Below are positions 9,620 through 16,269 of a stretch of 64,000 nt of DNA, piece after piece (the first letter of the stretch is position 1; each line of letters starts with the position of its first letter). Position numbers and translations under genes: made by a program. The stretch spans positions 62,001 to 126,000 of IMG/VR virus record IMGVR_UViG_3300034104_005687; one strand, written 5' to 3'. The notes beneath the pieces are model-generated. The model ran no database searches. It saw only the letters and a program-made list of their open reading frames with translations, and was not told where the DNA came from.

Positions 9620-10218
9620 AAATATTCTTAACCGGTGCATCAAGCGGCATTGGTGCTGCTTTGTTTGAAACTTTGTCAGTGGACCATCAAGTAATTGCAC
9701 CCAACCGTAACACATTTGATCTAACCAATACAAAACATATCGATGACTTAGATGTCGACTTTGACATGTTGATAAATTGTGCTGGTACCGGACTAGGCGG
9801 AAAACAACAGTTTGCAAATCATTGCAGCAACGATGTTGTTGAAATTTTCAATACCAATTTGCTTGCGCCAATTTTACTAACCAAAAACGTATTAAAAATC
9901 AATCCAGCATGTAAAATAGTCAACATTACCAGTACCAACAACAATCGGTATTGGCCAGGAGATTTAGTATACAGCCTGACCAAATCTTCATTGTCTATAT
10001 TTGGAGACATGCTTCGTGTCGAGTATCCTGATTGTTGTTTGCTAGAGATTAGATTGGGATTAACTAAAACCAATTTCAACAAAGCAAGATACAAGAACAC
10101 ACCTGATCGATATCAGGACATTTACAACAATCCGCATTTGCTTCCAGAAAATGTAGCAAACAAAATTGTCAGTGTGTTGTTTGACAATACAGTAAAATAC
10201 ATAGAAATTTCTCCTTGA
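9616..10218 (+). CDS. Short-chain dehydrogenase/reductase
   Basis: Start ATG 9616 (ATGA overlap): TGASSGIG, INCAG, catalytic YSLTK. Confidence 0.88.
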   Translation: MKIFLTGASSGIGAALFETLSVDHQVIAPNRNTFDLTNTKHIDDLDVDFDMLINCAGTGLGGKQQFANHCSNDVVEIFNTNLLAPILLTKNVLKINPACKIVNITSTNNNRYWPGDLVYSLTKSSLSIFGDMLRVEYPDCCLLEIRLGLTKTNFNKARYKNTPDRYQDIYNNPHLLPENVANKIVSVLFDNTVKYIEISP

Positions 10219-11312
10219 TGTATCCTTGGCAACTTTATCATTGGCATTTTGAAGTCAGTGGCAAATGCACACTGAAGTGTCCTCGGTGTCCTCGAAATGA
10301 TGCCAGCCCTGTACCGTGGTTAAACAAAGAACTGGATTTGAATTTTTTCAAAAAAATTCTAACTCCTGATCTACTTAAAAACACAGTCCAACGTATCACA
10401 ATGTGTGGTGACATTGGAGATCCAATCTATGCCAGTGAATACATCGAGATCGTAGACTACATCAAATCACATAATCCCAAAATACATGTGTATACCATCA
10501 CCAATGGCAGCTATAGAAAAGCTGATTGGTGGCAAGATTTTGCCAAAGTCAGTAACGAGTATGACACTATTAATTTTAGTATCGACGGGTACGATAATGA
10601 GTCAAACAATCTATACAGAGTTGGCAGCAACTGGGACAGTATCATGCAAGGCATGGATATCATGTGCCAACATAGTTCTGCATTTGTGTACTGGGCCACT
10701 ATTTTGTTTAAGTTCAATCAGGCCCACATTGATAGCATACGAGCCCAAGCACAAAACGCCGGGTGCGATGGATTACAACTTACGTACAGTACAAAATTTG
10801 GCAGCAAGTACGGAGAAGCATACGGTGGAGTCCATGACCCGCTTGAACCTGATCTAGAGTTTATAAGCAAAACTCATCGATATGAAAGATACTTTGAACA
10901 GCTCTCTGACAGACAACAGCTGAACCAATCTTATCTAGCTCATAATCAGCAACGTTTTATAGAAATCAAACAGCAGCATCAACAAATGATAACTCCCATG
11001 TGCAGCATTGGAAATCGAGGAATATACGTCAGTGCCGACGGAATACTGCATCCATGTAGTTGGGTCAGCTATCCATACCACAGTATCAGCACAGATCGAA
11101 AAACTATACATTTTAAAGATAGTTTTCATCAGATACATAGAAGCAAGTTGGATTTGAAATCTAGGTCACTGGATCAGGTCCTGAATGACCCAGTTTGGTC
11201 CAAACTGTTTGATACATTCGACAATCAAGGCAAAGCCTGGGTTGAATGTGAACAAAAATGCCATTGTAATTTAGTTGATCAGAACTATGCTGTAGGTTAT
11301 CTTACCAATTGA
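10218..11312 (+). CDS. Radical SAM enzyme with C-terminal SPASM/Twitch-like domain
   Basis: CTLKCPRC, GDIGDP, TNG, FSIDG; C-terminal C...ADGILHPC...CEQKC. Confidence 0.85.
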   Translation: MYPWQLYHWHFEVSGKCTLKCPRCPRNDASPVPWLNKELDLNFFKKILTPDLLKNTVQRITMCGDIGDPIYASEYIEIVDYIKSHNPKIHVYTITNGSYRKADWWQDFAKVSNEYDTINFSIDGYDNESNNLYRVGSNWDSIMQGMDIMCQHSSAFVYWATILFKFNQAHIDSIRAQAQNAGCDGLQLTYSTKFGSKYGEAYGGVHDPLEPDLEFISKTHRYERYFEQLSDRQQLNQSYLAHNQQRFIEIKQQHQQMITPMCSIGNRGIYVSADGILHPCSWVSYPYHSISTDRKTIHFKDSFHQIHRSKLDLKSRSLDQVLNDPVWSKLFDTFDNQGKAWVECEQKCHCNLVDQNYAVGYLTN

Positions 11313-11314
11313 CT

Positions 11315-11953
11315 ATGAATACCTTGAAAGAAATAATTGAGATTGAAAATTTTTTAACTGCTATTGAGCTTGAACAAGTAAACGCAGCAGTTGAAAAATG
11401 GCAAATGGTTCCTTATTATTCCAACGGTGGAAGATTTACCAAAGGTAGTTTAATTGCCAATCAGGCCATACAGCCATGGGATCAATCTGATCAAGCTGTC
11501 AGCATCATAAAACCAAAATTAGACAATCTGCTCGGCGAATATCGTGTGTCTGAACTGGTGCTTCAAGAATTATCTTTGCCCTGGGATGTTCACACTGATT
11601 ATGTTAGATCCAGCAATGTTGGGCGCCCTTATTATTCGGTCATTATTGCATTGAGCAATTGCGACAGTCGTACGATACTGTTTGATCAAACTGCCGAACA
11701 CAACGATTTTTATAAGTTCAAACAGACCAATAAAAAAACAACAAATCCAGTGGATCAAAACTTTTGGCAAAACAACCTAAGCCATTGTTGGGATGAAGAC
11801 CGAGAGTATTTGAGTCTTCGATATGTAAGTCGTCCCTGGAAACCTGGTAACTTGTTTTCATTCCAACGAAATGTATTACACTCCAGTGACAATTTTCATA
11901 CCAGAACTTCGTACCCCAAAAGATTTATACAAATATTAACAGACAAAATTTAA
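11315..11953 (+). CDS. 2OG-Fe(II) oxygenase-like protein
   Basis: IEIENFLT start, HTD (HxD), distal LHSS and KRFI residues; ATG 11315 preferred over TTG 11309. Confidence 0.55.
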   Translation: MNTLKEIIEIENFLTAIELEQVNAAVEKWQMVPYYSNGGRFTKGSLIANQAIQPWDQSDQAVSIIKPKLDNLLGEYRVSELVLQELSLPWDVHTDYVRSSNVGRPYYSVIIALSNCDSRTILFDQTAEHNDFYKFKQTNKKTTNPVDQNFWQNNLSHCWDEDREYLSLRYVSRPWKPGNLFSFQRNVLHSSDNFHTRTSYPKRFIQILTDKI

Positions 11954-11986
11954 AAGCAACCTGGCAGCAATCATAAATTATATGCA

Positions 11987-12421
11987 ATGACATGGCTATA
12001 CAACAATCAACCGGTGGAAACTCTCCCAGAAGATTGTGTGGGCTTTGTGTACCTAATCACCAACATCAGAACCGATCGCAAATACATAGGCAAAAAACTA
12101 GCCAAGTTCTCAAAAACAACTCAACGAACAGTCAAACTCAAAAACGGCACCAAGAAGAAAAAAAAGATTCGCACCAAGGTGGACAGCGACTGGCAGGACT
12201 ATTACGGTAGCAGCCCAGAGCTCTCCCGGGATGTTGAATCTCAAGGCAAAGACAACTTCAAACGAGAAATACTTTATTACTGTAAATCTAAATCAGAATG
12301 CAGCTATATCGAAGCAAGAGAACAATTTTCACGACGAGTGCTAGAATCCCAAGACTGGTACAACGGACACATTCAGGTTCGTGTGCACGGCAGTCACATA
12401 ATCAACAAACTACACAGTTAA
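11987..12421 (+). CDS. Small GIY-YIG nuclease-family protein
   Basis: GFVYLITN...KYIGKK, YYGSS, conserved E (YIEARE) and N (WYN); Lys-rich insertion. Confidence 0.8.
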   Translation: MTWLYNNQPVETLPEDCVGFVYLITNIRTDRKYIGKKLAKFSKTTQRTVKLKNGTKKKKKIRTKVDSDWQDYYGSSPELSRDVESQGKDNFKREILYYCKSKSECSYIEAREQFSRRVLESQDWYNGHIQVRVHGSHIINKLHS

Positions 12422-12864
12422 GCAGTCAAGACTTGCACAGGTCAACCTCGTGTGCCGAACAGTAGAAACCTGGGCCCAGTGTCGCAGGGATCCGAAGCCT
12501 CGCCGCTGCCGCGAGCACTCAATCAGTATCCTTGACAGGACCACGATCGCTCAACACCTGCGATTTGATTGTTTGAACAGAATTTTAAAAGGGAAAAAGA
12601 CGTACTAGTGATAGTACACGTTTGTATGCATGTTAGCGTGTGTGATACAAATCGCCGTTGTGATAAAGACGCAGCTCGAGGTACCGGACAACCGCCTCTG
12701 CAATGCTGTAACGCTAAGTGACTTGCCCGACTCGGATGAAGTTTCTTTGCCCTGTGCGGGCAAAGTGTGACCATAAGATCTGGATGAAGCATTTAATCGC
12801 TTCGCTCTTTGATTCAACAACTGGTGTGAGCGACAGCGATACACCAAGAACTGCGTAGCAGTTC
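12422..12864 (+). ncRNA. Putative large structured non-coding RNA or origin-type element
   Basis: 443-nt gap with no credible ORF and about 10 hairpins, including GTACTA-GTGA-TAGTAC (GNRA loop on plus strand), CTTTGCCC/GGGCAAAG, GAACTGC/GCAGTTC, and a three-way junction closed by CAATCA/TGATTG. Confidence 0.6.
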
Positions 12865-13899
12865 TCAATAGTTGGCCACTGGATGTGTGTTGGGTTCTAG
12901 CAATTTGTGCAAGTCTTGTGTGTTGTTTGGAAACTTTGACAATTTCCAAGTTTTGAGATTTAGATTGTGTTGATATATCAAACAGTGCTGTATCACTACT
13001 TCTTGATCAAATGTTAGATCAATCTCGTAATACCAGTTGTTGACAATGCTGTCAACTATGTGCTGATAATTGTAACAGAAACTCAGCAAATTCAATTGTT
13101 TGGTTTGCCACTTTGCGTATATGGGTCTCCATGCTGCTAATCTTTCTGATACCATCTCTAAACTCAAATAGTTCAACATCTTTTGAACCGCTTGCTCGCC
13201 GCGGTACCACAACTCCTGGCAGTTGATCCACAAGTGAGGATATGTCATATTTTTTAAATATAACTCTTGATAGTAAAAAGGTCTTGAATCTAGTGCCTGT
13301 TGTTCTCGTTGGTCCCATATATCTGTTAGTCCTAAGTCTGTCCACGAGTCGATGCTGTCTTTAAAAAATAATTCTTGACGGTGCTGTTTTAATTCTCTGA
13401 CACTGTTGTATGGTTGATGATCAATTGTTTCTCCTTCTAATGCTCGCGGTTCTAAATGGTACAGTTGAATATTTGGATGATTTCCAATGTATATTAACTT
13501 TGCATTGCGAAGATTGCAAAATTCAAACACTTGATCAAAGTCTTGACTTATGTATTGAAAAATTTGTGATCTAACAGAAGGTATACCAATATCAGATATT
13601 GGTATATTTTTTTCATCTACTGCAACAACAAGTTTCAATGGGTATGGGTATGCGGAATACAGTTGGTGTTGCGGCATGGACAACAAGGACTCTATAAATT
13701 TTTGTGTGTTAACAAAGCCCATGGGATGATTTTTTTTATACCCATGGGCATTGAGTTCTTGCACAGGATCATTGGGCAATTCCAACCACTGTTGTTGATG
13801 TATATTGTAGTGATGTGTCTGCCCGGACAAGAAATGAATAGACCAATCAAAAAAAGTGCACCCTACTGGGTATGCACTAGTAATGCAATACACACTCAT
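12865..13899 (-). CDS. Hypothetical protein, possibly sulfotransferase-like fold
   Basis: 344 aa; N-terminal strand plus GCTFFDW resembles the sulfotransferase PAPS loop; weak. Confidence 0.5.
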   Translation of the reverse strand: MSVYCITSAYPVGCTFFDWSIHFLSGQTHHYNIHQQQWLELPNDPVQELNAHGYKKNHPMGFVNTQKFIESLLSMPQHQLYSAYPYPLKLVVAVDEKNIPISDIGIPSVRSQIFQYISQDFDQVFEFCNLRNAKLIYIGNHPNIQLYHLEPRALEGETIDHQPYNSVRELKQHRQELFFKDSIDSWTDLGLTDIWDQREQQALDSRPFYYQELYLKNMTYPHLWINCQELWYRGEQAVQKMLNYLSLEMVSERLAAWRPIYAKWQTKQLNLLSFCYNYQHIVDSIVNNWYYEIDLTFDQEVVIQHCLIYQHNLNLKTWKLSKFPNNTQDLHKLLEPNTHPVANY

Positions 13900-14231
13900 A
13901 AATTTTGATCAGGCCAGTCCCTAAACAAAGCATGCTGGATGTCACCTGCTACAAACTGATTGAAGCTACGGTGTTTGGTTTCCAGTTCGCCTTCCAATGG
14001 TGCTACCCTCTTGAAAGCACTGTCCATTTGAGCCATGTCTGTAAACTCCATAAGTATCATCCATTCAGGCATGTCTGCTATGCTACGAAAACCCATCTTG
14101 CAGCGTGTGATACGATAGTTTTCCAGTTTGCCCTCAGACTTCAGATGATCAAAAAAGCTCTTCATTCCGTTGACCCATTCAAGGTCTGAAATGTCTCCGG
14201 CCTTGTTGGCCCATATTGTGTAGATGTCCAT
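13896..14231 (-). CDS. DUF6614-like small alpha/beta barrel protein
   Basis: MDIYTIW...HLKSEG...RITRCKMG...EF.DMAQMDSAF...ALFRDWPD pattern. Confidence 0.6.
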   Translation of the reverse strand: MDIYTIWANKAGDISDLEWVNGMKSFFDHLKSEGKLENYRITRCKMGFRSIADMPEWMILMEFTDMAQMDSAFKRVAPLEGELETKHRSFNQFVAGDIQHALFRDWPDQNL

Positions 14232-14233
14232 AG

Positions 14234-14668
14234 TTACTCCAGTGGTCCTAATAATTCAAAGCCGTCTATGCTTTGTTTGTACAGGTGTGCTTGTTCAAGA
14301 TACAGATACTCAAATCCCTGTGCTTTGTAGATGGCACACTCTGTTTTTAGTGTTTCTATCCCTAACCGTAGTCGGGGATTGTTGTAGTTCCATGCAAATT
14401 GATCGCACAGGGCGTTTTTTTCGTCGTAGCGTTTGATCAAGCTGAATGCTGCCAGCTTGTCTCCGTCATAGTATCCAATCACATCAGTCATTGGATCAGT
14501 GTAACGGCTATCAAATATGGGCATTACACTGGCAAAATGTTTGTATTTGCAGTAATCTCTGTAGATGCTGTTCAGCTGAGTAATATCAGGTTCGCGCAGG
14601 TACTGCCATTTCACAGTAGGCTCATAGTTGGTTTTCGACAAATCAATACGTGCAAACTGATAGGTCAT
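14234..14668 (-). CDS. Aminoacyl-tRNA-protein transferase C-terminal-domain-like protein (ATE1/Bpt, GNAT fold)
   Basis: YYDGDKLAAFS...FAWNY..PRLRLG..TL..E....K.QGFEYLYL matches the ATE C-terminal pattern. Confidence 0.6.
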   Translation of the reverse strand: MTYQFARIDLSKTNYEPTVKWQYLREPDITQLNSIYRDYCKYKHFASVMPIFDSRYTDPMTDVIGYYDGDKLAAFSLIKRYDEKNALCDQFAWNYNNPRLRLGIETLKTECAIYKAQGFEYLYLEQAHLYKQSIDGFELLGPLE

Positions 14669-15168
14669 GTGCGCGGATCCTGACGATGCTGAAACAGGGA
14701 CTGCAAGTAATCTTCAGGCCATGTGTCATAGAATCCTTTGCGTGCCATAAGCTGAGCCTTGGTGTTTAGGTCGCTGACACTTTGTACCAAGGCCAGTGCA
14801 TAGGTTCCTTGATTCATGCAAACTCCGTTGACTATTTCAACATCTTTGGGATGATCTTCTAAGGCCAATAAATCAGCAGCCAACAAAAAATCTTTGTTGG
14901 CATGATCAAGGCTGCTGGCAAACAGGTCATGAGACCATTGATCAGGATCGTATGCATATATTATGACTTCGCTGAGGCCTATACCATGCCGTGCACGATG
15001 TTTGAGATCATAGTATGGGTCAGTGCCCAAGAATACCTGATAGCTATTTTTGAGTCTTGCACTGCGAGCATACGGACACGGAGAAAACCCTCCCAGGGCG
15101 GGATGCGGAACTTCCACAAAGTTCACAATCCAGCGTTCTATGTCTTGTTTTACAGTTTCTAAGTTCAT
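14665..15168 (-). CDS. DUF1415/DUF6875-like protein
   Basis: WIVNFVE.PHP.LGG.SPCPYAR and later DHP motif. Confidence 0.5.
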   Translation of the reverse strand: MNLETVKQDIERWIVNFVEVPHPALGGFSPCPYARSARLKNSYQVFLGTDPYYDLKHRARHGIGLSEVIIYAYDPDQWSHDLFASSLDHANKDFLLAADLLALEDHPKDVEIVNGVCMNQGTYALALVQSVSDLNTKAQLMARKGFYDTWPEDYLQSLFQHRQDPRT

Positions 15169-15344
15169 TAAAAATAAGGCAGCCCAGATTTTTTGGTTGT
15201 TTCCAAATTGCTTTTGATCAATTCGGCAATGCTTTCTCGATCACGATAACTCAACTGCATGGCTTGATCCAAAGTGATACCACCACGCATGCTCCAGCAA
15301 ATCCTGAACATTTCGTCCTTGATCTGCTTGGCCTCCTTTTCCAT
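15168..15344 (-). CDS. gp51-like baseplate hub/tail assembly chaperone (58 aa; probably also made as a frameshift fusion)
   Basis: Missed by ORF track: MEKEAKQIKDEMFRICWSMRGGITLDQAMQLSYRDRESIAELIKSNLETTKKSGLPYF; frame is open back to 15404. Confidence 0.75.
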   Translation of the reverse strand: MEKEAKQIKDEMFRICWSMRGGITLDQAMQLSYRDRESIAELIKSNLETTKKSGLPYF

Positions 15345-15382
15345 TTTATCAACAGTGTTGACAACCTGTTCGTTGTCTTGGA

Positions 15383-16219
15383 TCAGGAGGCGCCCGCGAA
15401 AAAATCAGTCATGTTCAGGGTAAATGGTTGATCGTATTGATGATTACAGTTGCTGCACTGAATGTGCATGGGTTGCAATTCACTTTTTTGCTTGTTGGCA
15501 ATGATAAAATCTCTGATCTGGCCAAACATGTTGCGATCGCAGTTGCCCAGCCATTCTGCAATGTGTTCTTCGTTGGAAACTTGTGCAGTGGGTGTCTTGA
15601 CCAGGGCAATACTTTGAGCCAGTGCTCGGGTAGTGATATTGTTGATTTTTTTCAGCACGTCGGACAACTGTTTCACACGATCTTTGTTTTCTGGATCCAT
15701 CTCAGTCAAGGACTGCAGGGCACGTTGTTCTTCAAACTGAGTCAGTGAATTTTCATTCATTTGTTTGTAGCTCATGGGTTGAAAATAAATTTCCAAATCT
15801 CCAATTTTCAAACTTTGTGAGTAATCCATGCCCTGGATATTGCTGAGAACCTGTGTGAGATTCATGGTATATTCTGTTTCTGTTTCGCATCCAGGGCAGG
15901 TAGAATTGATGTCAAGATCGTTGCCATAGGTAGCAATGCGTATGGCCACCAGCATGGTATCTAGATCAACGTTGGGCACAGCCCAGGCATCTTTGATGTT
16001 GGGAATACAGCTCTCAATCACACTGCACACTGATTGCCCATTGAACAAGGCATCGGGTGTACGATATGTGATTTCGTCCATGGTGGTCATGGGTAACACA
16101 GGATATTCGCCGTTGACTGTGTGCTCAATGGCGTTGGCAGGGTAAAATTTGCCCTGACTGGGCAACCGAATAAAGATAGCGGGTTGCCTAAAGTATTGAC
16201 TCAAGGGATTGGAATTCAT
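15383..16219 (-). CDS. gp26-like baseplate hub assembly protein
   Basis: LPSQG, PMTTMDE, AIRIATYG, CPGC and CSNC zinc pairs, terminal DFF. Confidence 0.75.
   Translation of the reverse strand: MNSNPLSQYFRQPAIFIRLPSQGKFYPANAIEHTVNGEYPVLPMTTMDEITYRTPDALFNGQSVCSVIESCIPNIKDAWAVPNVDLDTMLVAIRIATYGNDLDINSTCPGCETETEYTMNLTQVLSNIQGMDYSQSLKIGDLEIYFQPMSYKQMNENSLTQFEEQRALQSLTEMDPENKDRVKQLSDVLKKINNITTRALAQSIALVKTPTAQVSNEEHIAEWLGNCDRNMFGQIRDFIIANKQKSELQPMHIQCSNCNHQYDQPFTLNMTDFFAGAS
15398..15404 (-). other. Putative -1 programmed ribosomal frameshift site T TTT TTC
   Basis: GAT TTT TTC near end of gp26-like ORF; the -1 frame opens exactly here and runs into the gp51-like ORF. Confidence 0.7.
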
Positions 16220-16233
16220 GGATTTTCTCGCGG

Positions 16234-16257
16234 TAAATATGACTATAACTATTTATA
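16234..16257. promoter_or_regulatory. Pair of face-to-face late promoters (TAAATA plus, TATAAATA minus)
   Basis: TAAATA 16234-16239 (+) and TATAAATA 16250-16257 (-) in the 50-nt gap between divergent genes. Confidence 0.65.
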
Positions 16258-16269
16258 GGCCGCAAAAAC

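Noticed and set aside
11987-12421. Mobile homing endonuclease call for the GIY-YIG gene
   Set aside because: Too short, lacks the DNA-binding domain and is not inside an intron; not listed as a mobile element
12422-12864. Group I intron, hammerhead, tmRNA or RNase P identity
   Set aside because: Canonical core motifs were not found by eye and no interrupted gene flanks it; a covariance-model search is still needed to exclude divergent members
12523-12949. Minus-strand ORFs of 89 and 114 aa across the structured region
   Set aside because: No RBS, atypical composition, one overlaps the 344-aa gene; base pairing explains the region better
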